Source of the DNA: Rhynchobatus australiae
Lineage: Eukaryota
Length of the DNA stretch: 64,000 nt
Direction of reading: 5' to 3'
NCBI GenBank assembly: GCA_034780895.1
Contig: JAUZTB010000027.1
Location: 19,425,324 to 19,489,323, forward strand
Position 1 is the stretch's first letter; each line of letters opens with the position of its first letter. A model generated the notes under the pieces. That model did not search any database, was not told the origin of the DNA, and saw only the letters and a list, made by a program, of their open reading frames with translations. Below, piece by piece: positions 22,691 through 36,219 of the stretch. The position numbers were made by a program, and so were the translations under genes.

Positions 22691-25600
22691 TGTAGATGGA
22701 AACTCTGGCATTCTCTGGGGGAATGGGTAATACTATAATTGCTCAGTTTTGCAGAAGCCAAAAGTTCTGGGTGTTTAAAAGCCATCTTGCAGTAGCTTAG
22801 CTCAACTAGTTATGAATTGGGTTTGCCTACTCACATAGGTGTAAACAATCCCATGATGGTGGAAGGCATTGAAGAAATAGTTTCCTCTTGTCCCAGGCAC
22901 ATCAGCCAAAGTGACCAAAACTGATGAACTTCTCATTTTTCTTGTTTGCTCTTTGTCTGACTTTTATGTATACAGTTGACTACTTTCTTTGCTGACAGAA
23001 CAACACAGATTGAACATAATAAATACTTAATTACTTTTGAAGTACTTCAGATTTGGGTGTTAGGGGCACCTATCAAAATTTTCTGTTATCATAAATATTG
23101 TGAAGAGTACTTGGGTGGAACCTAAATTGATTAATTAATTGTACAGTTACGTATCAGTTTACAATTAATTAGGAAATATGCAAAGTGAAATGAAAGAGAA
23201 AAGGTAAAGAAAAGGCAGATATAGTGTAGGGTTACCTTTTGGAACTAAAAGAAGTTTTGAAAAGTAAGTTGCTAAAAACTATCTCCATTGCATGGTGAGT
23301 TACTAATCCAAGTTTAAGATCATCACAGAAGAACAAAAGGAGATGTCAGGAGAATTTCTTTCAGATATTTGTCTTGGATTATCTAAAAACATTATGCTGA
23401 CATTATGGTTAACATGTCTGATGAAATTATAGCCTCAAGGAGGCTTTTCAAGTAATAAGCTATTCTGAATGGCATGTGCTCTGTGAATGCCAGGCCCATT
23501 ACAGAACGGAGTACAAAGAATATTTTTTGATGCAAAATTATTTCTGCAGTTTAAATTGTGCCAGGGAGGTGATTGGTGACTTTTGTCAGTGCAAAGCCAG
23601 CAGTAAAAACCTGTTGGAGCTTTACCTTAGTATTCACTTGGATTTGTTGAGAGTTTGGATTGTCAGTTGCAGGACCAGGCAAAACCGAAACGTTTAGAAA
23701 GATCTATGACTCAGTGTAAAGTTTGACTGGCAGCCTAAAGCTTGGAATCATTTCTTGAGGCATAGGAGAAATCCAGTATTTTTTTCATACATTAATTCTG
23801 CTCTGGTGCAAGCTACAATCTGGGAACTATATTGTGAAGAAAATCCACATCAATATATCACCATATTAAGGTAAAAATATATTGGAAAATATCAGAGGCC
23901 TGCGTATAGTTTTCTAGCCGTGTTGCAATATTTCTGACAGAATTCAGCACAAATCTAAAACAGATTCGCTGACTTGTCCCTTTCTCTGCAAACTCCCCCA
24001 CTCCAACCCTGACTAAACCGGTGCGAACAGCCTGAGCAAAATAAACAGAACACTGGCTTTCCTTGATTCCAGCTTGGAGTATTTTGCAATGACAACGTGG
24101 GAACACTGGAAAATAAGTTAGATTGGCACAGAGCCAGATTTTGACATTGGCATGAGCTGAAGAAGAGAAGAGCTCTTTTACATTTGACTGAGAGCTGAGC
24201 AGATCAGACCAAGGCATAGCTTGAAGCTGTACTGCTGCCTCTGTTCAGAGATCTAGAATAAATATCTAGGTCAAATCCTAGAACATATTGCTCAAATTCA
24301 CTATTTAATTTGGTGCAACATGTTTGTAATTTAGACCAGAAACCCTATTAACTTTGAATTGTTTGACTACAAGAATAAATGCTGCCAGTAAAACTCTGCT
24401 TCTTCTAACATGAGGGGCATGAGCCCCTGCTCTTTTTTTGTTTTCTCCCTCCCCCTGAAAGAAGTGACTCATTAATTCTTTAGCCACTGATAGACTTTTA
24501 GTACTTTGTCCAAGTAAACATTGATCCAGGTATGGAGTGTCAGCAGCTTGATTATAAAGGATATCAGATACAGCCCAAATCGTTCCAAAAACTACTTTGG
24601 CAACAATCATTACATTACAATTAAGGGAAGGGACCAAAGGTACCGAAGCCAATTATTTCCATTAAAAATCCCATTTATTCATCATTATATTGATCATAAT
24701 AATGAAAGAAAACTTGGATTATCTGCAATCTAGTACATGTTGAAATGTTTAACAGCCAATAAAATACTTCTGAAGCACCATTACTGTGTAGGACAATGCA
24801 AAAAGCCCATTAGTGCACAGAAAGCTCCCAAAAACAAGAGCAGTTGTTGTCTACACACAAAACCTTGGAGGAACTCAGTGACCCGTTTTGTGTGTTGCTC
24901 CAGATTCCAGCATCTGTTGTCTCTCTTGTATCTCNNNNNNNNNNAACTGATCAAAGAGCTCTACCTAAAGTGTTCCCCTTTGTAGATCATTGCTGGCCTG
25001 GGATATTATTGTGTGAACTTGTAGTTTTAAACTGCAATAACAGAACCTGCCTGAGCAGTTTGGAAGTTTTGTACCTCCTTTGTTTTGTTCTCTATAATAA
25101 TTGAATTGAGTCCATACCATCATATTTAACATGACAAGAATACCTGCTAATTCTGTTGATCACCATACTGAATAATGGGTGTCACTGGGATGTTATGATC
25201 TGTGCATATTCTTCTGTCTTCTTCAACTGTAGTATGTTCGAAGTGGCTGTATGTCAGTAGATGCCCTTGCATTTTCCCAAAGTATACATCAGGTATGTGG
25301 CAAGGTCAGTGCCTACTAGAAATTGGATTAAACAAAAAAAAGTGCATATTTTAATGTGTAAATAGCACATATAATAAAATGGTGCCCCATAGTCAGGTTG
25401 TGCCCATTTCCTTTTCAAGCCCCAATCACTGGGATATTGCACTGGACACTTCCTGCCACAAATTATCCTAATACTGTTGTCATTTATTTGTTGTATTTTG
25501 CACACATGATGATGTCATCAGCGCACCTATTGAAGTCACCATTCACTTACCTAGCACTGTTTGAAATGCATTAATTACCAGCAAACTGTATCAAAAAGTC

Positions 25601-25799
25601 ATGAACTTCTTGATAAAAGTGTGTTTCCACAAAGAGTACATCATGCTGCACGTAGTGAAATCTACAGGATTTAACATGTCCCCCAGGGGTATCAATTCAT
25701 ATGTTTAAAAGCATCCCCTGTAATCTTTATTGATATAAAACTTTACTGCCAACAGCCCTGTACCAATCAAGACCTATGGTTTGCTAACTGCAAACAGAT

Positions 25800-26310
25800 C
25801 CCTCAAGCTGTGACCCAGTGCTCCCCTTGATCAGTGCGCCTAGTCAGTGCTCAGAGAGTGTGATTAACCCGCTTCATGGTCAGGACTAGATTCGTTATAG
25901 GAGACCTTGGTGCCGTTACTAATCTCCCTTTGTTTCCCCTTCCCAGCCCCAGTTCTGAGGTTTATCTCCCTTAACCAACCCCCCAACTCCTCCTGAACTC
26001 CCATTTGTCGTCTTCATGACAGCCTCGGGCTAAAATCACTTTAACAAGGCTGTCACATTTCCCTTAGTTTAGCTCTCAAATGATGTTGCTATAACCTGCT
26101 AAGCAAACAGCAGTGCCTGAAAAATACAGGTTGGGTTTTAACATTTCTTAAAGAAAGTAAGCCCCAATATCAATCTCTTAAAGTAAGAATGTCCAAATTA
26201 CATGATTTTTCTGGCGGTTTCTGATGTGACATTGCTGCAGCTGTAGCATCTGTTTAGTGCAATAGGTGCAAGGGAAATCCATTTTCTGGGTAAATCTGTT
26301 TCCGTGGCAT
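25800..26310. repeat. Unclassified interspersed repeat, copy C
   Basis: Core aatctcttaaagtaagaatgtccaaat at 26172-26198; boundaries uncertain. Confidence 0.4.
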
Positions 26311-27059
26311 TGGTTGAGGATTGGCTGAGAAAGAGGTGCAACATGGGTCCAAAATTTCCAGGTGTTATGCCAATGCTTTTATTTCCCTACATGCGTGTTT
26401 TGGATGTCAATGGCACTTAATGCGGTTTGGCAATATATGTGGCAGACAAAGTTACTTGGGTGCTTAAATTTATTTTTGCTTAGTGCTTCCTTCCAGTATC
26501 GTATAGGCATCATCTGCAATACTGGCCCATGTACTGCCCACAAATGTATAAACCAATCAATATTCATATCAGTTAGTAATGTAGCAATTTCACTTATTTG
26601 TGTTAGGAATATGACAGAGCCTTTCAAGGTCACCATACTGCTGATTTTTCACAGTATTGGATGATAGTGATCTTGGTCGTACTCTGGCACCATGACTTTC
26701 TACTTTAGTGACTCAAATCAACATCATCAAGCTGACTAACTACGAAGAATTACATAGGAATTACAAAACAGGATTTGGCTGTTCAACCCAACCAGTCAGT
26801 GATGGTGTTTGTCCTCCAACCAATTATATTGCTGCTCTGTTGCCATGTTCCTTTATTCCTCTGTTATCATAAATTGTTTTATTTTTTTCCAGTCTACCTT
26901 TGCATTTTTTTGTGCCAAGCAGTTTACTAATGAATCTGCAATACATCACATCAACACCCTTTCAATCTAATGGAGCCCAGAATTGTTTCATCTGTCATCC
27001 TACTGAAGTTTTGTGTAAAATCACCACTATATCCCAAAAATATATTTTAAAAAGACTTT

Positions 27060-27445
27060 AAAAAACAGCCACTTTCATGACTTAAGAATATTCCAAAGTG
27101 GCTCACAGCAAATGAGGTGCTTTTGAATTGTAATCAATGTTGAAACAGCAGTGTGATAATTGATTAGATAATCTATCTTTCAGTGATATTGGTTGAGAAA
27201 TAAAGTGACCACAATGCTGGGGAAAACTCCCCCGCTTGTCTTTGAAAGGATGCCGTATGATCTTTTACATACACCTTATGGAACAAATATAGTCTAGCTC
27301 TACTGTCTCTTCTGAAAGAAAGGTACACGTGACAGAGAAATTTGTACTACACTGAAGTGTCCAGATTTTTGTGCTCAGGGCTCAGGAATGGAACTTAAAT
27401 ATACATCCTCCTGACTCAAAAGTAAAAGTTACCAGCTGAGCAACT
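27060..27445 (-). mobile_element. Decayed Deu-domain tRNA SINE (SacSINE1-like)
   Basis: gatcttttacatacacc...tactacactgaagtgtccagatttttgtgctca...ctcctgactca matches my recollection of the shark DeuSINE reverse complement and parallels copies at 36.2 kb and 42.5 kb. Confidence 0.7.
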
Positions 27446-28814
27446 TGCCATTCAGAGATCTAGATGTTACATTTGCTTGTCTTGTAAACCTGTTGTCCAT
27501 CCAGAACCTTCCGCGTAAGTCCCTTTCCTCTTCCACATTACATAAATTTTGCCCACTTAAGATACGCTATCTTTTAATCGCGATGCACTATCATACCTAA
27601 ACTGACACAAATTACATTTTCCATTTTCCTCCTGTTCTTTGATGTTATTAGTTGGAAATGAATTACTTCCCATGAAGTGGAGCCCTGCTGCTGTTTGCAA
27701 AATGGATGAGGAATAAATAGAGTTGCTGCCTTTCTTAAAAAGTATCAGATTATTCTCAGGAGTTGTGCATAGCTTCAATGCCAACTTGTATCCCCCATCC
27801 CTGAAAAGATCCCTGGCTTGTTATAATGCTGGACCATCAGTTCCATAGACACTAACACTATGATGCTGTTTTTCATGCACCTTATATGAAAACTTGTACT
27901 TTAAAACATTCTATTATTTATTTTAGAAAATAGGATCAGTGGGAAGGCATAAGGTATTTTGGCTGTTGCTGCTGTGGTGTTGTAATCTTAGTGTTGTGGT
28001 GATAGTTGTGTGAAATGCAGCATTATTGATATGAACAAGAGGAAAATGCAAGACCCGGATGTCACAGTTTCCATGGTTCTCAATCCATGAACAAGACTGT
28101 ATATGGTTCATTCACTACAGTGCTGTAGCCCATATGATAACAGATACAATTTTTTAAAATGGACACGGGAAGGAATTTGTGTGGGAACACTCTGCAGAGC
28201 ACATTGAGCCTACAAGTATGGCCTACCATTGAAAATAGGTTGTCTCACAGTGCTGATCCATATCTTCTAATCCTGCCAACAGTTTTTATAGGCTGGAATC
28301 TCCAATGTACTCTCCTCCAAGGGAATCCAGCACTAGTGATTTCTGAGTCTGATTCTGGTGCACTCTGTGCTCTTTTATTACATGCCTTCCTTTCATCTGA
28401 GCAGATAGTCTTGTCGTACAGGTTGGAGAAATGCATTTCCAAAAGATGCAAGTGAATCTAGTGTCCACTTTGAGTGTCATTAAATGACTAAGCATTAAAA
28501 ATACGCAACTGCAGTTTGACTTGCAATGTACAGTTTTCATTTTCCTTTAATATTGCCAACTAAAGGAACTAAGTAATCTAACTAACTTATTTGAGGCTCC
28601 ACACTAATTTCTGATATCAACAGCCTGAGAAAATTAAATAGCTCAAAATTGTTGTTGGGCATTATGAATTTAAGTAACTTGTCTGCTGATTTCAATCAGT
28701 TTAATGCTATTCTGAACAAATTATGACTCTGTTTTTATTCCTTGGCGCAGCCCTTGTCGTCTGCTCAGACCAAGCCAGCCGGTATAATTTAGGCCAGGGA
28801 CAAGGTTCTGAACT

Positions 28815-28925
28815 TCCTGTGACAGTGACCACATGTCTAAAAGTACTTCATTGGCTGCAACGTGTTCTGGACACTCTAAAAGAGATGTGAAAGGCCCTGT
28901 ATAAATCCAAGCCTTTTCTTTCCTG
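28815..28925 (+). mobile_element. DeuSINE 3' tail fragment
   Basis: acagtgaccac...aaaagtacttcattggctg...gtgaaaggccctgtataaatccaag. Confidence 0.6.
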
Positions 28926-28979
28926 AATACAATTAAATTTTATTGTGAATAATTTAAAAGTACCACGATTAAGTTAAAT

Positions 28980-29137
28980 GAAAATCAAAAAAACTGTAGA
29001 TACTGGAAATCTGAAATGAAAACAAAAGTTGCTGAAAATACTCAGCAGCAACTGTGGAAAGGGAATGTTAACTCTGTTCCTCTTTTCACAGAGGCTTCCC
29101 AACCTGCTGAGTGTTTCCAACATTTTCTGGTTTTACT
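28980..29137. mobile_element. Short palindromic Penelope-derived element
   Basis: aaaacaaaagttgctgaaaatactcagcag matches the reverse complement of ctgctgagtgtttccaacattttctggtttt. Confidence 0.7.
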
Positions 29138-29534
29138 ACCAAGTTAAAAACTATATTTTCTTTGGTTGCATTCCAGTCATTTGATGTTTGTCATTACAGA
29201 AACAGTTTCCTGTACTGGATTAAATGAGTAATTTTTATTAAAGTGACATAGTTAACATGTCCACAGATTTACTTGCTGAGGTGGAGAGAAGAAATATTCA
29301 GTATGGGAAGGGATGAAGAGGAGAGATTGCATGAATAAGTCATGGATAAGGCTGCCTTCACTTTTTAAAACTTTCCATCACATTTCTCCTTTAAAAGACA
29401 TTGACCTCCTTAGTCAGAGTATAGTTTCATGGGTACTAGTTGGCACCCATTATTCTGTCCAAGTGAACATTGGTCATGTAAAACCTGATACTGAAATTTG
29501 GCACCGAACGCAAGTGCACAAGAGATTACACAAG

Positions 29535-31950
29535 CCTGCCCTGCTGAACTGTACTGGCCTCGGCTCCAGTTTTGTGCCAGTTCCCCATAACCTTTTAAAC
29601 TCCAAGGAATACAGACCCAAACCATATAGTCTCTCTTGATAGGACAACGCTCTCATCCCAGGAATTTGCCTGGTGAATTTTCTTTGGATTTCCTCCAATG
29701 CTCTTTTAGGTAAGGGACCCAAAACTGTGCACGGTATTCCAGGCATGGCCTCAACAACACCCTGTACAACAGCAACAAAATCTCCCAATTTCTAAACTCC
29801 AAACCCTTTCCAATAAAAGCCAGCATGCTGTTTGCCTTGTTCGACCTACCTGCTAACTTCTTGTGATTTAAGCATTAAACACCTAGATTTCTCTGAATTT
29901 CACTCATTTACAATGTCTTGCCATTTAGATAATAATCTGCCTTTTGATTCTTCTTATCAAAGTGCCTGACCTCACATTCAACTCTTATTTGCCAGGTTTT
30001 TGCCCAATCATTCAGTTTATCTACGTCCCACTGCAGAATCACAACGTCCTCATCACAACATGCCCTTGCACCTATTTTCATATCATCAGGAAACTTGGAA
30101 ACCTCACGTTTTGTTCTCTCCTCCAGGTTATTAATATAAATCGCAGGCAATTGAAAGCCAAGAACTGATTGCTGGGTTACTCCTCTGGTTGTATCTCTCC
30201 AGCCTGAAAATAACCCATTTATTCTAAATCCATATGTAGGCTGTTTTCAATCCATGCTAACACATCTCCTCCAATACCTTGGGCTGTTAATTTATGCACC
30301 AGTCTCTCATGTGGTACCTTGTCACATACCTTTTGGGAATCTAAATACATGACATCTACAGATTCCCATCTATCAACTATCCCTGTCACATCCTCAAAGA
30401 ATTTGAGCAAATTTGTCAAACATGATTTACCTTTCATAAAACCATTATTAACTAGGTTTGATTATTTTCAGCTTTCCTAAATAATTAGTTACTTCACCCC
30501 TGATTATTGACTAGCATCTTGACAACAATCATTGTTAAACTAATTGGCCTGTAGTTTCCCACTTTCTGCCTTCCTCCCTTTTTGAATAAGGGAGTCACAT
30601 TGGCTGTTTTCCGATCATTTGGTACCCTCCCAGAATTTAATGAATTTTGAAAGATTTCCACCAATGGATCCACCATCTCTGCAGCCACTTCCTTTAAAAC
30701 CCTTGGGTACAGACTGTTGGGTCCCAGTGATTTGTCCGCCTTTAGCTATCTGAGTTTTGCTAATACTTTTTCCCTTGTGATTGGGATTTTTGCAAGTTCC
30801 TCCCTGTTATTTAAAATTAGCCCATCTATTATCTTGGGGATATTTGTAGTGTCCTCCATGGTAAGGACTGATGCAAAAAATTAATTTAACATATCTGCCA
30901 TTTCTTTATTTCCTGTTATTAAATCACCTGCCTCATTCTCTGGAGGTCCTACCCTTACCTTAGCCACTATCTTCCAATCTAAACATCCAAGAAGCTTTTA
31001 CTGTTTGTCTTTATATTATACATGTTTTCTCTCAAAATCAATTTTCTCCCTTCCGAGAAGCTTTTTAGTCTTTCTTTGCTGGATCCAAAAAACTTCCCAG
31101 TCCTCTGGCCTATCACCAACCATTGCCACTTTGTATGTCCTAATTTTCAAATTAACTTCATCCTTGACCTCCTTTGTTAAATGAAGATTGTGGTTCTTAC
31201 TCATAGAATCCCTTTTCCTAATTGGGATAAATTCCTGCTGAGGGTTATGGACCAGCTGTTTGAATATCTGCCACTGTTCAGCTACTGACCTGTCTCTTAG
31301 ATTATTTTCCCAGTCCAACTTAGAAAATTCCACCTTCAATCCATTATAATTGTCCTTATTATTGAAGACAATGGTTTTGGTTTTGGTGGTGTTCACCCTC
31401 AAACTGCGTCTGGAATTCTATCACATTGTGGTCACTATCTCCTCAGGAATCTATAACCTCAAAATGTCTTGTTAATTCTCCTTCATTACCCATGACCAAA
31501 TTTAATATAGCCTGTTCCTGGTTACATTCCATAACATACTGTTCTGAGGAGCAATCCCTGACACACTCCACAACTACTACTTCTATGATACCCCTGCCAG
31601 TTTAACTCATACAATCAGTATGTAGATTCAAATCTCCCATGATAATTACAATTCTCTTCAAACATGCCTCAGATATTTCCCCATTTATGCTCCACCCAAA
31701 TGGGCAGTCACATCTGTGTCTTCTTTCCCCTGCTATTCATGATTTCAACCCAAAGCAATTCTACTTACTATCCACTGCCTCTATATCACAACTCAATACA
31801 GCTCTGCTACCTTCCTAACTAATAATGGCACCCCGCCTCCTTTCCTTCTAGGCTTGTTCATTTGGAACAGTGTATAACTTGGAATATTGCATACCCAGCC
31901 TGGGTCACCCTACAACCATGTCTGCATAGTAACTATGAGATCATATCCAT
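29535..31950 (-). mobile_element. CR1 LINE ORF2, endonuclease through RT C-terminus, fragmented
   Basis: ORF track pieces: KGKSCLTNLLKFFEDVT..VDVMYLDSQKVCDKVPHERLVHKL; ANVTPLFKKGGRQKVGNYRPISLT; IYINNLEE..SKFPDDMKIG; LEEIQRKFTRQIPGMRALSYQERL; GYDLIV..TWL endonuclease motif near 31.9 kb. Confidence 0.95.
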
Positions 31951-32460
31951 ATGTTGATGTCTGTGAACTTGCAGTAGCGAAGTGCCAAATTGACATTTTC
32001 TCTCTCAACACAGAACAAGAAAGACAATCCTCATCCCTCTACATGAACCTTAGCTGAAGCCTGTAACATAGTCTCAACCCAGTGTCAAATTTGGGCCCTT
32101 CTCAGCACATAAGGACCAGCTAAAGAGTAACTGTGCTCAATGCACCATTGACTTTGAGATTTTCTTCCCCCTCTTAGCAGTTTATCAAAAAGTTGCAATT
32201 ATTCCTCAGTTGTTAGTGGAACTGATAGAATCTCTCAGCGTACATAATATGCTGAGTTGCAGGAAGCTGTTAATTAAAAATAATAATAGTCACATGAAAG
32301 TGAACAGGTGTTGTCTTTTGGGATCCAAGATACTTATTCTAGTCTCCATGGATTTCCCTCAGTGCAGATGTGCATACAATACAGAAACTTGAATGTTACT
32401 GATTTGATGAATTAGAAGTATAAAGCATCTTTTAAAAGTCACCAAATGTTTCTTTTTCAG

Positions 32461-32475
32461 CATGTACTTCAGACA
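32461..32475 (+). other. Candidate 15-nt frame-preserving microexon
   Basis: tgtttctttttcag|CATGTACTTCAGACA|gtaagt; no stop in any frame. Confidence 0.3.
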
Positions 32476-34394
32476 GTAAGTTAAAATCTTTCAAGGTCTC
32501 AGTAGCAATCCTTGCATTATTTGTCCCGTGCAATCTTGAGCCACAATTACTGCCTGCAGCTAATTACACTCCTTACTGCCTTATCTCGGTTACGTGGGAA
32601 TGTTTCACAGTTTCAGTAAAGGTCACGCTGGATCCCTTCCTAAGTAACCTCTTACAGTGGCAAGTCATGTTCCACTGCCAGGGCATGTGTGCTGGCTGAT
32701 GGGAAGGCTTTAGAGCACAAAGAAGATTGAAAGATACTTTAACAAAAATCAGCCAGTAACAAACATCATTTGTGGAGTGAAGCAATCCTTTTTTTGCAAA
32801 GCTGCTTTTAATACAAGCTTTAATAAACTGCAGCATTATGAGGCTGAGAGACTGGGTAATTGCATGGGAGCAGTTGTGATGGCCTGGGGCAGCAGTCAAA
32901 AATACTAAGTGCAGAGATTGAGCTTCTGAAAAACTTAATTAGACTAGCTTTGGTGTATATATGTGCTCACCTTCTCCTTCATTGATACATATGCACTTGT
33001 TCCTCATTGTTCAGAGAACTGGGGTCTTTTTTGTCATTTGTATGAAACACACATACTTCCTCAAGGCAGTAACATGTTAGAAATCTCCAGTAAAATTGCT
33101 GAGAATACAGCTCCCAGACAGCATTGGAATGGAGAGCCTGTCTTCCAAACATGATAAATCTAGACTGGTATTCATTGACGCTTCCATTCCTCTGATTTAG
33201 AGCAGCCAAATCTCAGGTATTGATGGCACTGGATTTTGCAAGTGGAAATTATGAGGGGGGCTAACAGTACATAACAAGCATACTACAAGTATACTCCAAC
33301 TGGCCAATTGTACAGGCCACTGGTTTAGAATGTTTTGAATGGAGACCTCCTAATTAGGTCATTAAAGAAAATTGGAGATTAAAAATAAAGAGTTCTTAAT
33401 AAAGAAAGGATAATGCCACAAAAAAATGANNNNNNNNNNNNNNNNNNNNNNNNNNNNNNNNNNNNNNNNNNNNNNNNNNNNNNNNNNNNNNNNNNNNNNN
33501 NNNNNNNNNNNNNNNNNNNNNNNNNNNNNAATTATGTTCGGTGGGTGGGGGGAAGGGTGGAGAGTTGTAATTTAAATGCATGATTTTGCAGAGTGAGAGC
33601 TTGTGACTGATTCACAGGGAAGAAAATTCATCCTAGGTTCCTCATGTATGCCTCCCAACAGTAGATGTACCTTACAAGGAAAGCGATCAGCTCACAGCCA
33701 AAACAGAGAAGGGGGTGTTGCACTGGAAAGGCAGAGACAAAAAGACAGAAAATCAAAACAGGAACTCTAGCAAAGGAATCTGGATTATTGACGTCAACGT
33801 AAGTCTGCAAGCAGAATAAAATGTGCCACTAAGGAATTAATTTTGCTCCTGGTCTCACCCCTGAGCATGATTGATAATTGTCCAGTTTATTCTGTCATCA
33901 TTTATTGTGCTGCTATTTCAATGGCAGAAACTGGTGAGTATCTGCAATTGATATGAAGTAAATGTTTACACATAAATTTCCCGCCTCTTTGTGGACAGGA
34001 TGTTTTGCTAAGCTGCAAAAACTTCATTTTAAAGTAAATCATTCTAAGTACAGAACTTGATGTCATATTGAGGACCACCTGAATTTTTCTTAGATTTGTC
34101 AATTTTAGTGACTAATTGGGACAGCAAATCAGTGATGAAGGTTATATACAGATGCCTTTATCTCTTTCCCATTCAATATGTACAAGGTGATTTTTGCATT
34201 GAAGTGACAAATGGCCAGAGCCAACACAGCAACTGCTACTGCAGCCAATGAGAACTTCAACAGTATCTGCTCTGTCCCTAACCCTAGGCCCTAATTCATA
34301 CACATGCCAACACAAAATGTGAAAATGTTACTGTTATTGACAATGCTGGCATGTAATGCAGTGTGTATGAATGAGGGCTAAGCTGTCATAACTG

Positions 34395-34695
34395 AATTGA
34401 GTGGCTTCCTGGGCCATTTCAATTCAGAGTTAACAACATTGCTGTAAGTCTGGAGTTATCTCTTGGAGTCTTGGAGTTATCAGAACATTATCTGAGGTTC
34501 ATTAATGAAGCAGATGGATATTTAGCATCTTGGTAGTTTCATAGTGATGCTAATTATTTATCCTTGATTTACTCAATTGACCGAATTTAAATGAGCCAAT
34601 TTTCTTGCTAGGGTATGAAAATGGTTCTGTATCACCAGACCAGGGCCTTAGATGACAATTCCAGCAGCTCAGTCGTTATTGTCACTGCAACCATG
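34395..34695 (-). mobile_element. Decayed tRNA-derived SINE (Meta-domain/SlmI-like)
   Basis: gagtggcttcctgggccatttc..gagttaacaacattgctgtaagtctggagt..cattaatgaagcagatgg; family name from memory. Confidence 0.55.
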
Positions 34696-34859
34696 TCGAA
34701 CAATGTGAGTTCAGGAGCAACTATTCAAGCATTTCAGATCCTTAATGATTAAAACATTCAGTCACAATTTGTTATTTGAAAATGTCTCCAAATACCCTGA
34801 AGTACTCAATTATCTAGATGCATCTAAGAATCCCTTTACAAGTCATTCCTAATGACCAC

Positions 34860-36185
34860 TCCTGACTCCTGATCAATAAGGTAATGAATAGGGATGTTGA
34901 CAGAACTAGCACTTGGCATTGGCTCACCAAAATCTTGTTCAGGATTTTGGTGAGCAAGTGCCAAGTGGTAGTTTGGGTTTTGGCTCCTGAGCTCATGACA
35001 GGCATGGACAAAACATGGAGCAAGGAACTGAAATCCAGAGGTGAGGAGAGAGTGATTGTCCTTGTCATCAGGACAGGACTTGACAGATTGTGGCATCAAG
35101 TAGCCCTGGTAAAATAAAGTCAATGCACATCAAGAGGAAAACACTCCAAAAGCTCTAGTCAAATCTCACAGAAAGGAAAAAAGTTGTAGTTGTTGGAGGT
35201 CAGCTACACCAGCCCCAGAACATAACTGCAGGAGTTCCTCAGGGCTGTGTCCTAGACCCAACCATCCTCAGCTGCTTCATCAATGACTTTCATTCCATCA
35301 CTAGATCAGACGTGGGGATGTTTGCTAATGATTGCCCATGTTTATTTCCTGCACAACTCCTCAGCAAGTGAAACAATCCAAGCCTGCTTTCAGCAAGACC
35401 TGGACAACATTCAGGCATAGGCTGGTAAATGACACGTAACATTCACACCACAAAAGTTCAAGGCAATAATAATCTCCAATAAGGGAGAGTCAAACCACCT
35501 ACACTTGACATTCAAAGGCATTACCATTACTGTGTCCCATTTCATCAACATACCAGGGATAAACAATAACCAGAAACTTAACTGTACCAGCCACATGAGC
35601 ACTGTGGCTATAGGAATAGGTCAGAGGTTTGTTGGATATTCCATGGCAAATCACTAACCATCTGGCAGCTTGAAACCTTTCTAGAACACAGATCAGGAAA
35701 GTGATGGAATATTCCCCACTTACCTGGATGAGTGCATCTCCAACAGTACCCAAGAGATTCAACACCATCCAGGACAAAGTCACCCACCTGATTGGTAGCC
35801 CTTCCACCATCCTAAACATTCATTCCTTTTGCAGCTAGCACACAGTGGCTGCAGTGTGTGTCATCAACAAAATGCACTGCTGTTACTCGTGCCGCCTACT
35901 TCCAGACATTTACCACCAAGAAGCACAGGGGCTTAAGATGCATGGGAACACTACCACCTGCAGGTTCCCCTCTAGGTTGAGCACCATCCTGACTTGGAAA
36001 TACATTACCATTTCATCATCGTCCCAAGATGGAACTCCCGCTGCATTCTGGGATACCTTGACCAGAAGGACTGCAGCAGATCAAGAAGATGGTTTCCCAA
36101 CACCTTCTCATGGTTAATTAGGGACAGTGAATAAAGGTTGGCCTTGTCAGCAATGCACAGGTCCTGAAAAATAAACAAATAAATA
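34860..36185 (+). mobile_element. Non-LTR retrotransposon (CR1 group s.l.) RT domain and 3' end, decayed
   Basis: DRLWHQ, AGVPQGCVLDPTILSCFINDF..SDVGMFANDC, QQDLDNIQA*AGK*HVTFTPQK; tail ttaattagggacagtgaataaaggttggccttgtcagc followed by A-rich repeats. Confidence 0.9.
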
Positions 36186-36219
36186 AACTGCTCAGAATTG
36201 GTAGGTAGAAGACAGAAAT

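Noticed and set aside
28751-28781. 31-nt exon-like segment (PLSSAQTKPA)
   Set aside because: Weak donor (gtataa), adjacent to a SINE tail, no homology
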